Part shown: piece by piece, positions 39,030 to 51,600 of the stretch | Layout: the number at the start of each line of letters is the position of its first letter | Position numbering within the stretch: the first letter of the stretch is position 1 | Origin: Vicugna vicugna | Lineage: Eukaryota | Direction of reading: 5' to 3' | Assembly: GCA_013265495.1 (NCBI GenBank) | Contig: MU058065.1 | Coordinates: 7,502,302-7,566,301 of the forward strand | DNA: 64,000 nucleotides | Translations under genes and position numbers: made by a program | The notes under the pieces: generated by a model | The model's database searches: none | What the model was told of the DNA's origin: nothing | Seen by the model: only the letters and a program-made list of their open reading frames with translations

Positions 39030-39150
39030 CAGAGAATGTTAAAGTGAGAGAGACCCCAGCACTCATCTAATCCAAACCATTCATTACCAGGAGGGTAAAC
39101 TGAGGTACCAAGAAAATCATGACTTACCCGAAGTTATGGAACTGAATGTT
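39030..39150 (-). mobile_element. MIR3-like fragment
   Basis: 'tcatctaatccaaacc...gtaaactgaggtaccaagaaaatcatgacttacccgaagt'. Confidence 0.65.
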
Positions 39151-40149
39151 CCAACATTAATTCAATGTGTTTTCTGCTGCACCACAAATTATAGGTCAGA
39201 TGGGAATACCTAGGATCTATATCAGAATGTATCTTTCTCTTCTAGAAACATGTGGTGGAAAGATGATCAGTTCCACTTGGCAATAGTAAATGTGGTAAAA
39301 GAACTGGCCCCAAGTCCACTGCCTAAATTAACATTTGATTCTCCAGCACTTATCAAGTTCAAGGCATGTGCTAGGCTCAATGCAGAAGCCACAGGCTTGA
39401 AGATTATTTCCTGCTGGACTGTAAGCCCCTTCGTGTCAGGAACTGATCTCATGTACTTTTCCGTCTCCAACCCCTGGATGATTGTCATTTTTTAATACAT
39501 ATTTGTATCTTTTAACAAGTAATTAATTATCCCAGGGTCCCACTGGAGTTGCATCCCTATTGCCCTCATATTACATAGAAGTTCACTGAGATCAGAAAAG
39601 CAAAAAGTCTACAGTCACAGAATGAATTAAGAACAGAACTCTAATCTACCCTACTCATCCTCGTCACCATTGCTGTTGCTACCTCTTTAAGAGGCCTAGG
39701 AAAAGGTAAGAGCTGAAGCAAAAATGTATACAGAATTGAATCATAATACTATTATCATGAACAATGATCATATATACAATCATCATTTGAAAGGCAGAGT
39801 CAGGATGAAAGACCTATGAACTGAAATAGGGATACTCAGTAAAGACTTCTTTAGAGTCTAAGGCTGGGACTGTTCATAGCCATCTTGGTAATCACAGCAT
39901 CTAAAACAAGGCTTGGCATATAGCCCCACACTGATACTAGAGGGAACAGCTCCAATTTTAAAGTAATAAACAGCATATCCTGTAGTTAAAGTGCTTACCA
40001 ATATCTATTGAGTGCTAGCTTAGTGCTTCAAACTTGAGTTAAGTTGACAGAAGCCTTCAAAACAATGTTGTGTGAGATAAACACAATGGTTATAGTCTGT
40101 GGCCTGAAATTCTTTTACTGTGGGAAAGCCAGTTTCAGTCATGATTTGA

Positions 40150-40165
40150 AGGTCAAATGAGGTCA
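40150..40165 (+). promoter_or_regulatory. Perfect DR4 nuclear-receptor element
   Basis: AGGTCA-AATG-AGGTCA read directly; function untested. Confidence 0.4.
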
Positions 40166-40784
40166 ACATCAAAACAGCACAGTGTACTGAAGAGTGGGCA
40201 GTAGGCAAAGAGAAGGAAAGAAAATTTTTTGGAGAACTAGACATTGGGGAATAGTCATGCTTTGATAACATTATCCAAAGATGGCAACAGTAAATGGAAT
40301 TGAATAATCAGACTATGAAAGAACACAGTTGGGTTCTATGTGTGGAGGAGAGGGAGGGAGAGCCATGTTCCAGGGCTTCAGGGCTTCTCAATCTTTAAAT
40401 ATCCTCAAAGAAGGGACACCCCACAGCCTCCCCAGAACCATCATTCCAGTTTATTATTATATCACAATGATGACTATATGATTAATGACATTTCACCAGA
40501 ATGGATAGTAATTCATATGGGTTGGATTTTGTTTTTTAACTACTAGGGGAAAATAAATTCCAGTTGATTTCTTGGCCTAGCAAAGCAGTTTTTTGGATTT
40601 TTGTTTTTTTTTTTCAGAAAAGGGGATAAAGCAATCTTGATGAGGAACAAACAAAATTGTCTTGGTGAAGAAACATCAAATCAGAATGCAATTCCCTTGT
40701 TCATGTTTTTCTTAGAAAGCATTTCCATTCTGCCTGGTTCTGGGAACAAAGCCAAGGTCTGCTTCAGAAGAACAGAGATTTCCA

Positions 40785-41300
40785 GTAAATGGGGCGGGTG
40801 AGGGTGGCTGGCTGGGTGGGAACCTGGGGGAGGTTTGTAGGGGGGAACTGTTCAGAAACCTATACGCAAACCGGAGAAGGACAAGGTCTTGGTCTGCCTC
40901 TTCCTCCTGGACTGACAAGGCGTCTGAGAAATGTTTAAGACCTGGAAGGGGTGAGAGTGAATCAGAAAGCAGAGGCTAGACGTTCCCTGGCCTCAAATAA
41001 TTAATAAACCGCAAAAGCAGGGTGGGGAGGGAGGAGAGGGAGGAGGGGAGGGAGCGAAGCCGATGTGGAGATGGGCACTGTCTCCCACCCTCTCCTCTGG
41101 TTTCACCTGCCAAGGTCATGCCAGATGCTGGGTTTCACAGCAGCATCAGCCTCGTCCTCAGGAGCTTGTCTTAGAACCGAGTTCAAGCACCGCATTTTCC
41201 CTCCTTTCCTTCTCTCCAAATCACTCCCTTTGGTCTATTTTTCTAGCATGGTGTGTGGAAAAAAGAGCAGCGGACCGGGATTCAGAAAGGAAATGAGGAA
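40785..41300. promoter_or_regulatory. G-rich, CpG-retaining candidate promoter or enhancer
   Basis: GC box GGGGCGGG at about 40791, TAATTAAT, six G-tracts at 41020-41052, CCAAGGTCA at 41110-41118. Confidence 0.35.
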
Positions 41301-41389
41301 CGAAACGAACACATTCTGAACAAAATAATCACAAGACATTTTGTTAGCTGTTTTAGCTATCCGCCTTATTCATATGATCTTTACAATTC

Positions 41390-41628
41390 AGAAAGCTTGA
41401 ACTTTAAACTTTTGAACTGGTACTTCCTTATACCAAGCATTGAATGACTGTGGACGAGTCACATAACTTCTACGCTCCTTACTAAGGAGCTCAGGGTGTG
41501 TATAAAATGGGGACGATGGTATTTTCCAACTAACCCTGGAGAACTGATGTAAAAATCAAATGTGACAACATACAGAGAAGCACCTGGTAAGCTGTGAAAT
41601 ACTGAACATGTGGAGGGGATTATTATTT
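41390..41628 (+). mobile_element. MIR SINE
   Basis: 'tgactgtggacgagtcacataacttct...tataaaatgggga...aaatcaaatgtgacaac...tattatt'. Confidence 0.7.
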
Positions 41629-42597
41629 AGTTAATAAACTTCTCTCCAAGACACCGGTCCCTGAGATCCCCCTGCTTGAGAGATGATGTTTTCTCCACTT
41701 ATCCCAAACATGTGTTCTGACTCCAATCCAAAGCCACTTGGGAAATTGGCCTCAAAGATTTAACTGTATCTTTGGCACCAGCCAGCAAATCAAAACTCAG
41801 TTCCTGCCACTGTCTTTATTTGCAATGTGGCTTCTGAAGTGAGAAGCCAAATCTCAGGTTCCATTAATGGTGAAACAAGGGCGATCAGAGCCTCACATTC
41901 TGATCCTGTGCTTGACAGAGAAGGAGGAAGAATCAGGTGGTGATGATGAAAGGTCCAAATACACAGTGAGAGTGGGAGTTGAGCTTCAGGAGCGGGGAGA
42001 TTGCCCAGATCATGAGAGTAGGGGCTTAAAGGATGTTTTTCGTAGATGGTCAGGAATATCAAATCATTCAGGGACAAAATACGAGTTACTGGAGGAGGAA
42101 ATTAGAGAGGGAGACTGTGAGAAAGTGGCAAGAAGAAATTTTAAAAGCAAGGGAGAACACCAAATCGTTCAATCACCGGCATTGTGCCTGCTATGAGGCT
42201 GTATTATGCATTTTTCCTTGTGTCTGTGATCTTGTGTCCTCCAGCCCACCTCCTGCTTTGCTTGCTGTGATGTTACATCATTGGAGAGCAGACATCTCTC
42301 GGTGGGAATATTCTAGTAGCACAAATTCTTTAGGAATCCAGACACGACCCACCCACTGACTGCTGGAATTAAAAGTCTGGGTCAGGAAGAGAATCCATAG
42401 AGAAGGGTGGAGGGAGGGAGCTCAGGGTGATGGTGGTTTTAGAAGAGCATTTAGCACTATTAGGAAAAATTACCAAACAGCAACCCAAATGCTTTTACAA
42501 ACAAAGTGCAGTTTCGCCCAGTGACCCTTCCTTTCCCCTCTTCCCACATCTTGCTTCTACGGAACATTTGACGACACTGAGCTCAACCAGTAGACTC

Positions 42598-42820
42598 TAT
42601 TGTTGCGGTTAAAGCTGAGGTAAACTTGGATTCAAATCCTGGTTCCTCTGCTTACTAGCTGTGTGGCCCTGCTTTGTCAGTTGACTCCTCCGACCGTTCC
42701 TCTTCTACCCAGTGGAGTTGATAATGCCTATTGGGTGTACAGAAAAACTGAGAAATGCATGTACAGTGTTGAACCCAGTGCCAAGTTCAATAATTGGAGT
42801 GTTTGTTATACCTTTGTTAT
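42598..42820 (+). mobile_element. MIR SINE
   Basis: 'cttggattcaaatcctggttcctctgcttactagctgtgtggccct'. Confidence 0.8.
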
Positions 42821-42824
42821 TAGT

Positions 42825-42965
42825 CATCCAGCTGTCATCTCCTATCTGTCACCAAGCATCTATTAGATGCCTACTATGTGCCAGGCTACCGCACTAGTCA
42901 CTGAGGCTGTGGAGATGAAGCAGACAGAACCCTGACCTCAAGGAGCAAACAATCCAATGTAAACA
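42825..42965 (-). mobile_element. L2 3' end
   Basis: 'caagcatctattagatgcctactatgtgccaggc...ccctgacctcaaggagc'. Confidence 0.8.
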
Positions 42966-43197
42966 AACAGTGAGAGTCTCAGGCCACAGGGAGACACACA
43001 GGCGGTGGTACTGTGTTTGAAGGTGTGTCACATGGACAAACGGTAGGCTTGTTTGAGGGGCTCCAGAGGACTCTGGGGGTGGAGAACAGGGGGCAGCCTT
43101 AGCTCTTGTGAAGCTGCCATGAAGTCCTATGAGCAGGGTGGGGTCTTTGTCAGGGATCCTGCCAAGATGACCTTTCTCATGGCATGTGCTGGGGTGT

Positions 43198-43415
43198 CAG
43201 CAGTTTTCAAGACCTGTTTAAGGCTGATTAGACTGGAGCTCTGAGGAGGTGTCTCAGAGGCCATTTGGTGGGAAAGAGTTGGGCAGAGGTGGTAGGTCCT
43301 CAACCCCCTATTTGGACCTCATCCAGAGCAGCTTGATTACGTCTGTTTTATAAATAAGAAATCGAGTTAGATTTAAAGGGAATTTCAAGGTGATAGAAAT
43401 GTTCAGGTACCCTCA
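43198..43415 (+). mobile_element. MER103C-like hAT-Charlie MITE
   Basis: 'cagcagttttcaa...ggaggtgtctcagaggcc...ccagagcagc...tctgttttata'. Confidence 0.6.
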
Positions 43416-43842
43416 GCTAAGTGAGTTCTAGGGCCCTTACCAAAGATGGGATGTTCGCATCGTCTCCAGCCTGCATCAGTCCAGAGGTGCCTGGAACTGA
43501 CCCATCTTGGCTTCAGGCGCAGCCATCTTAGGGCCTGTGGGCTTCCTGAACAGCAGCGGTTCTCTGTCCAGAGCTCTTTCATTTCGCCATGCCTTTCACC
43601 GAGTATTTCCTAATACTTCCCAACCATCCCAATCCTTCCCCACTTCCCATATCAACATAGCTCATTCCCACCAATTCAGAAATCAGGGAAAAGTCCAAGT
43701 GATGCAAAGAGAGGCCAAATCTGCTGAAAATTACTAGAGAAGCACCTTTTCGGTTTGTGGAATAACCAAGTGAAAACATAACAATAGGTCAGAAAACTAT
43801 TGACTTAATTTCACTTGAACTCTATTCCATCAGCCAAAGCCT

Positions 43843-43856
43843 TGACCTTCAGGTCA
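43843..43856. promoter_or_regulatory. Perfect ER2 nuclear-receptor element
   Basis: TGACCT-TC-AGGTCA read directly; function untested. Confidence 0.4.
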
Positions 43857-44135
43857 AAAGGCAAGCTGTCAGAAATATGCAAAAACAAGCCCTTCATGGT
43901 AATGGGAGGCTGAGTGTCCCACTAAGGAGGTTTGCCTGCAGTGCGAAGTTCCCGAGCAGCTGGAAGGGGACTCTCAGGCCGAAAACAGGACCTGGTTTAA
44001 ATTTTCTCACTCTGTGAGGACAGCTCTTAAATTGAATTGAGTTCTATGTTCTAATACAGCTTGGATGTCAACAGTAATTCAAGGTCATTGTTGCCTTCTT
44101 TATTGCTTTATGATAAAGGACAAAGTCCCTTGTTT

Positions 44136-44212
44136 AAAAAAGGAAGAAAAGAAAAGAAGAGAGAGGAGGGAGGAAGGAAGGAAGGAAAGAAGGAAGGGGA
44201 CGAGAAGAAGAA
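44136..44212. repeat. Purine-rich (GAAAA)/(GGAA)n low-complexity tract
   Basis: Direct reading. Confidence 0.9.
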
Positions 44213-45759
44213 TCTTTAAAAAATAAGAATCACAATTAGTGAATTCCAACGTGCTTCTTCAGAATAACAGTTGTGTGGTACAATCTTGAGTCTATAGTTT
44301 AAAATTTGTAAATATTTTAAAATGGGGTAATAAATTTTAAACAGAACATTAAGTTGTCAAGACCTGTTTGCAACCAGTGTTAGAAGCAGCTGACCGGGCA
44401 GTTCAGCCACTCAATACAAAGCATACAGTATGTACTTTATACACTGTATACAAACCTCTTCATGTTCGGTGGTTCCATCCAAAATCACCCTCTTGTGTCA
44501 CATGTCATGGTCACATGTTAAGGGAAACGCCCATCTTTCCATGAAAGTAGCCAGAATTAGCAATGTGAAATAATTACACTGTAAGCTTTTCTAATTTCAG
44601 TGATCTGTTTCTTATTAAGCAGATGTCAAAATCCAACTTTATATATCTATTCACCCATCTCTGAGTAAAATAGGCTGAAATTTTGATTTTATGATGCTCC
44701 AAGTGTTTAAAAGCAAGGATCCTAATACAAATTTTAAAGTCATTTCTCTGTAAGGGGATTTGTCTCATATGCAACATGGATATTTTGCCCATAATACCGG
44801 GAACTCTGCCTGACTAGAAAGACGTTCTGCCTGGGGCAATTCATCTGCTCCAAAGGGAGGGGAGAGTTATGCAGCACTGCAGAAATAAGCTGGCACAGAG
44901 CACAGCTTTACGTACGTAGAAGTAAGTCAAGGAAAGATCGATGGGAGCCCTTTCTTTTCACTCTAGAGTTATCTAGTGCCGTGGTCCTACTTGAACCTTC
45001 AGAGGGAAGCTCTCTAAAATGTAGCTCTCCTGTGCACTAATAGAGCAGTGTTTTATTTAGTTGGCTTTGTCAACATTTATTATTAGGGTATATGTTCTCA
45101 ACATTTTAATATGTAAGATAAGAGCCTCCAGATTTAGTTTCTTAGAGCCAAGAGCATGGGCCAAAGACCACTGTGGTGACTTGCATATCAGAACGTCTTG
45201 TTGGAGCTTCTAGTTAATGATATTCATTCCTCTCTCTTTTCAGAGTTCTGAACTCTGTGTTGAGACCCAGATGCAAGAATTAACCATAGATCATTGGCTT
45301 AGTTGCTTATGAAATTGAACTGGAGAGCGCTTTGGATGTGAAGTCAAAACAGGCTGCCTTATACCTGCCCTCATACTGAAACCTTGGGACCCAAGGCTGA
45401 GTTCCATTTGCAGAGCTAATGCATATTCAGTTTGCCACGAGAAAAACTGCACCTTCCCCATGGGATGAAGAGTAGTCCTGGAGGGATGGGGTATGTATGT
45501 GGAAGGTAAGCTCCCATGTGTTTCTGACTTGCTAACTGCCATCAGGCAGGAACATAGATTGATGGATGTTGGTCTTCTATCTCACAAATCAAATAAACCC
45601 CTCTCTCCCAGAGGGAGAAGCCAGCTGGGTCTGGAAGCAAGATGGGAGGAGTTCTCAATAGCAATTTAGTCGGGGCAGAAGTCACTCTTCTTTATTTCAC
45701 CAGGGATGGAGGAGAGAGAAACACGATTATCTCTATGCCCTTGACATAGTACACAGGAG

Positions 45760-45910
45760 GGTAGTGGAGGAGGGATAAGAGTATGGGGGCTCTGGATGCT
45801 GACTGCCTGTGTTTAAGTCCTCCTTCTGTCACTGGTTGGGTGACTTTGGAAAGGTTCTTTTAGCCTCTCTAAGCTTCAGTTTATTCAAAAGCAAAATGGG
45901 GGTGAGAGGC
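45760..45910 (+). mobile_element. MIR 5' half
   Basis: 'gataagagtatgggggctctggatgctgactgcctgtgtttaagtcc...gtgactttggaaagg...cttcagttt'. Confidence 0.8.
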
Positions 45911-47282
45911 TTTTTTTCCATAGTGAATGCTCCCTCACTTAGGATTGGCCCGTGTTCACCCAGATGATCGAGGAAGACACTGGTTTCAAAGGAAAAAGTT
46001 GTTAGTGTACACCTCTTGTCTGAGATCATCCCCACCAAGAAGATGGAGCTAAATCAAGGAGAAGTTAGTGAAGCTCATTTTTTTGGCAAGTCATCTCCCT
46101 CAGGGGCCCTTTTGTAGTCAAACTGAGAGGCCAGTTTGAAATGCTCGGTTGAACTGAACTGAATGGGGAAGACCAGAGTTCCTTGCGTCAATCTGAGGGA
46201 GAGAGAATGAAAGCTTTAATGAATTATGACTGTGAGAATAAGAACTAAGATAGTTGAGAAACAACATTTTAATAGATTTTCCAAATTGTACATGCTATAC
46301 TGGTTTTATTTAAAGAATTAGCTCTTGGGTTTAGTCATCAATTTTATTGGAAACACAAGTTTTGGTTTCCCAGTTTATTGATTTCTGTACTTGTTATAAT
46401 TTATCATTCCTCCTGTTTTTATACTTTGTTTTTTTCAAATTAAGATGAATGCTTGGTTTAGTTATTTTTATCCTCTCTTGCTATAAAGGGAAAAGTTTAA
46501 GATGATTAATTTATCCTCTCAGTAAGGCTTTGGCTACATCCCATACATTTAGTAATGTAATGTTTTATTGTGGTTTATCCGTTTAGAAACAGTATATTCC
46601 AATGAATACTAATTGCAATTTTGATCTCTTACACTCAACACTCACACAGGGGAGAGTTTCTTTTTTATTAATAGTAGTTGTTTGTTTTATGCATTTTTTA
46701 CTTTTAAGTTATTAGTAATTGATGGATTAACTGTGTGTTAAGGAGGAAATGTTGCCTGGATGACATTAGCTTCTATAATCGTGTTAAAATCTTTTTTTCT
46801 TTCTGGTGTAGTATATTACCAGTATTTGAGAGACTAGTGTGGACAAATGAAAAGGAGGCATGGAATCTTCTTTACAGATTGAGAAAACCTATCTAGCTTT
46901 ATATATATCATGTATCTAGTATGTGTATCTATATAATATTAATTTTGTTGTTTACATTTCACTGACTTTATTTTTTATCTACTTCATCTGTCAAAAATTA
47001 ATGTGCATGTTAGAGTCTCTCACAATAACTGTGTTTGTCTTTACATTTTTTCATATTGTATTTGTAGCCATTTTACATTTTCATTTTGGTTTTGGTTTCA
47101 ATTTGCTGTGAAATTTTCAGTGTATAAAGTCAGCTTCATCACTGATTTTATGATGACCAATGTAATATTTTTCAGATCATGTTGTCTTTTGCCTTTTAAT
47201 TCTACATTTGGTTTGAAATTTATGACACTGCTGCTTTTGGTTTTCAGTTTTTGTTCTTTTTACATTTGCCTGATAAACACAT

Positions 47283-47305
47283 TGTGTGTGTGTGTGTGTG
47301 TGTGT
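47283..47305. repeat. (TG)n microsatellite
   Basis: Direct reading. Confidence 0.95.
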
Positions 47306-47424
47306 CTTTCTCAGACCCTTTCTCTTAAAAGCAACATATCATATTCCAAATCTTTGTCTTTAAATTGAGGAATTCATAAAGGTATGTCTGGTCTCCCTCC
47401 TCTTATCTCATTTATGGAAGTGGG

Positions 47425-47660
47425 ACAGGGCAGTGACTAGGACTAAGTCTGTAGGTCAGATAAACCAGGGTTTAGGCCTTGAATCTTACATCTGTGTGAC
47501 CTCAGAAAAGTGATTTATTCTCTGTGAGTTCCTGCTGATTCATCTGTAATATTGAAAAGATAATATTACTAAAGTTGCTATAAAGAGTCAATAAAAAATA
47601 ACAGAGCAAACAACCTAATGGTGCCTAACACATCAGAGTCAGGCAATAAATGTTGACTGG
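47425..47660 (+). mobile_element. MIR inserted in the old L1
   Basis: 'ctgtgtgacctcagaaaagtgattt...ttcatctgtaa...gtgcctaacaca...caataaatgttgact'. Confidence 0.75.
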
Positions 47661-50600
47661 CATTTTATATATAAGTATCCTGTCATTCTGTACATATATC
47701 ACATTATTTCAAGTTTTGTATTTGTCATTCTTTTTGTTACTTCCTTATTTTCTTTTGACATATGGACTAGATTTGTTTGCTTTTCTCTTCACTAATGATT
47801 TGAAAGGCAAACATTTGTTTTTAATTAACTAGTGGTCACCTTCATGTTTTCCAAAGACAGTATTTGAATTATTTTTCTGTGATTATCAAGGCCAAAATTA
47901 CTTCCCCTTATGTAATACTTATAATTTAAAATGTCTTTACTCATCACCCTCCCTTGCCTCCCCAATTTTTATTAACATAATTTGGAGTTTCTGGTGATAA
48001 TTGTTTTATAATAAATTAATATTTATATAAAGTATGTTTTCTTCATAAAAAGAAACATTTGCTTTGTTTTGTAACCATACTTATAATTACTTAGAGACAA
48101 ATCTGTGTTTAACAGATTTAATGCCAACCACTGGTCCTAATATACCTTTTTTTTTTTTCCTTGTTCATTTATTTCCCAATTTCTTGAAGTGTGTCATCTA
48201 GAAAACTTTTCAAGATGAAAATTAAATGATATATATTTTTAAGCCCTAATATATCTGGAAATGTTTTCACACCAAAATCATCCTTGTATTTATAACCCTA
48301 TTGTCCAAAACTCCGAGGCCCTTGCCATAGTCTGATCTGGCTTTACAGTACTGCAGGTAATTCTGCAGTGGACATAGGTTCTGGCCCAGTGTTTTGTTTT
48401 GTTTTGTTCCACTTGTTAGTGTGGATCAGATGCCTCCCTGACCTCACCTTCTCACACCAGCGTAGAGGTGAAGGATGGAGACCCACAAGAAGGACTAAAA
48501 TTGTTGTCGTTTCTATCATCCAGGCAGAAGGTGGCTTTGATACAGAAATCCAGTTAAAACTTTACATTTTACAATTCATTGTATATCACCTGAGTTTCTG
48601 CAGAGATATTCAGAGTTGCTACAGAGATCAAATAGATAGAGCTTTAGGAGAAAATGGGGAATCTCCTGCCACTGGAGGAAGGGTCACAGGAGAAATGTAG
48701 GATCAGCGCCATACGGAGAAAACTATGAGGAAGTTCAGGTTTTAATCCTTCTCCATGCCTGGCTTCATGCCTTCAAATAGAAAGTCCCCAGATATGTTGA
48801 TTTTAATTTTCTTGAATTCATTTAGTAATTCATCTGTTACTCTGTCAACAAAAATAAATAAGATGCAATCCCTATCTGCAGGGTGCTTAAACTCTGCCAA
48901 AGGGAAAGAGAAAAATTGAATACAAATTTTATAACACATAAACGTCAAATGTGAAAAGCATTTTTAAGAGTCCAGTTCCCTGTTGACTGGGGTTGGGGGT
49001 GAAGTGAGCTCCTCATACACATGTTCTTAAGAAGTTCTCTGGACCTAAAAGCCACCAAAGGAACGCTGGATAACTGTTAATGTGGTATATCTGTAAAGGG
49101 ATAGACCATTGGTCTCTAAGGTCCTATGAGAATGAGCTTAAATAAACACTGTTTTGGGACACCCCCTAGCTGGAGTTTTCCCATTCTTCAAAACTTCTAT
49201 ACTTTATCCAGTCTTCATGGGTGCACCCCAAACCTCCATCATTTCCACAGCCCCACTCCACGGGAGCCGTATCATCTCAGCCACTTACAGAGCTCCTGTG
49301 TACACAGTAATTACTTCTCGGCATGCATGTTCTTTCCCCTATGAGGAGTGAGCTCTTGAGAAACAGGAATGAGTCGTAAAGTCCGAGGTCACAGAAAGAT
49401 GTGAAAGGGTCCCTATCACTCTCTCAGCACTGGTTTCCTCGGGAGGATAGACTGGGGAGACCATCATTGTTTTCTTTATATGCTTTCATATAATTGGGCT
49501 TGTTGCCTCAAGGATATAATGTTTTACTTTCATTATAAAGTCATAGAAGGAAAAGAAAAAAGAAAAACAAATGGGTGAGAAAAGAGAAGAAAAGAATAAG
49601 AAAGAAAGGAAAGACCTATGTATCTTGCCATAGTGTCCCGCCCAGAGAGAAACTGTGACGATTTGTGAAATGGGTTCTCTACTTGCCCGTCTTGACTTCT
49701 GCTCCTGGTATCTCCTCTGGCCCCTTCTCTGCTGGTCACTGATTTCCTTGAGACAAGGCAGAACCATTATCATTGCTACAGCTTAATTTCACTCTGCTTA
49801 CTCTGGCCCCATCAGACCAAGGATACTCCCAAACCCACAGAAGATCATTATTATTTTTATTATTATTTTCCCCTCCTCTATTTCCAAAGGGGGAAAGGAC
49901 TGAAAACCACAGATAACAGAGGAGCGTTTCCTTTCAGGCTGAGAGCCCCTGGGTGGAAGGGAATGCTGGCCTCAGATCCTTTACGCCAGCTCCCGGTTTA
50001 GTGTGGAACAGACCCATGTGGTGGTTTGAGGCTGAGGGCTGAGCTTTTTCTTCAACTCAGGATCTTAAAGAGCTTCCCAGATGCCCAAAGCCCCAATTTC
50101 CTCCACCGCTCCCAGCTTCAGCTGAGTCAGGACTGGCCCAGCATCATGATGAAGGGGTTGTGTTTGCCTTTGGTTCCAGGCCTGCTCCCTTCTGCAGTGC
50201 TCTGGCCCTCTCCTGGACTATCCTGGGCACTTCATCTGCCTGGTCCTGCTTCCTCTTCTCTACTCAGCAATTCAGAGACCGCTTCCCTTCCATTCCTATT
50301 GAAACTTGCAGAGAAAAGTGGATGTGGAAGCAGGGCCCTGTAGGCAGAGAGCCCGTGAGCTGTGAGAACTTGCACCAGTGACTCCTCTGAGCCTGGATTT
50401 CCCCTGAATGCAGAGAGGGTGGGGAGCACCAGGGACCAGCAGGTTGAGTTGCCAGAGCATACGGCACATGCCATGGCTACTTGCCCATTTGTAAAATGAG
50501 CATAAGAATTACTGCTCACAGGGGAGAGTGGAGAGTTAATGAATCAGCGAATGTCACATTGTTGATGCTCCATATCAGCTCTTCACAGTATCCCATTTCC

Positions 50601-51414
50601 ACCAGGGCTCACTCTCTGATAATTCCTTCACATCCCCTTGCTCACGCCTCCAGCTAAACCAGAGGTATGGCTTAATAGGAGAGTCAGGTAACAGCTGTGC
50701 TTTCTTGCGGTGATGGCCTTCTGAGACATGACTCCTGCTTTTGTTATCTAACCTATTAGAGGCGGTAATGGAGAGAGAGAAGCGAACACTTGCGGATTTG
50801 CAGAGACTGCCAGTCACCAGATATTTGATACACAGGAGTCTCCAACTCCGCTTATAGAGGGATCTCTCATCACCTCCTCACAATCTGATCTTTGTCTCCT
50901 CTACCAAAAATGAATGATATCTTACCCAGCCCTTTCACCAAGTCCATTAACGGACAGATGGATCTTAAAAATCTATCCCCCAGGCATGGGCATTCTCCAG
51001 TCACACATCACTTAAGCTGGTGTCTGGCAAAGTACATTCTTCTTACAAAGAATGGAAATAAGATGAGAGGAAAAGAAATGAACAGCAGAAAAGAAAGGCC
51101 TTGGGGAAGCTCAAATCTAGCAAAACACAAGATGGGGGACTCTACCAGGGTAGTAAATAAATGTTGAATAAACCAGCTGACTCGTTACTTTTTCCTTTGT
51201 GTCTGAAGTTCTCAGACCAAAGGCTCATCTCTGCTTTTTCTCCTTGGAGGATCCGCTACTATCTTAACAACTGGTAAATGGGACATCTGGGAGGATGAGG
51301 GGTTAAAGAGAGGAGGAAGGACAAGGTCAGCATCATGTGTTCCATGACTTTCTCCTGAGTCTGGGCTTCATACAAGTGTATTTACGGAGGAAGTGTTATA
51401 AGAAGCTCTCGACT

Positions 51415-51600
51415 TCTTGAGGGTATTAACTCATCTAATCTTCATAGCAAGTCCGTGAAAACGGTACTATGGTACCTCCATTGCAGAAGTGAGGACTGTG
51501 GGGCTCAACAAGCTGTGAAACTAACCCAGGGCACACAGCTGGGGAACTGCAGGGCTGGGTCACTCACAGGATTTGAACCCTGCTCTAACCAATGCCCCAC
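51415..51600 (-). mobile_element. MIR SINE
   Basis: 'tattaactcatctaatcttcatagcaa...ccattgcagaagtgaggactgtgg...cccagggcacacagct...ggatttgaaccc'. Confidence 0.8.

Larger units (their letters stand above)
46280..48300 (-). mobile_element. Very old antisense L1 (L1ME/L1M5/HAL1-like), fragmented
   Basis: T-rich strand with 'tttattgatttctgtact', 'ttatcctctcagtaaggctttggctacatcccatacatttt' and 'tgttagagtctctcacaataactgtg' (antisense ORF2 5' region). Confidence 0.65.

Noticed and set aside
41867..42196. Charged 109-aa ORF
   Set aside because: Purine-rich sequence, possibly a decayed antisense L2; no domain or clear splice context
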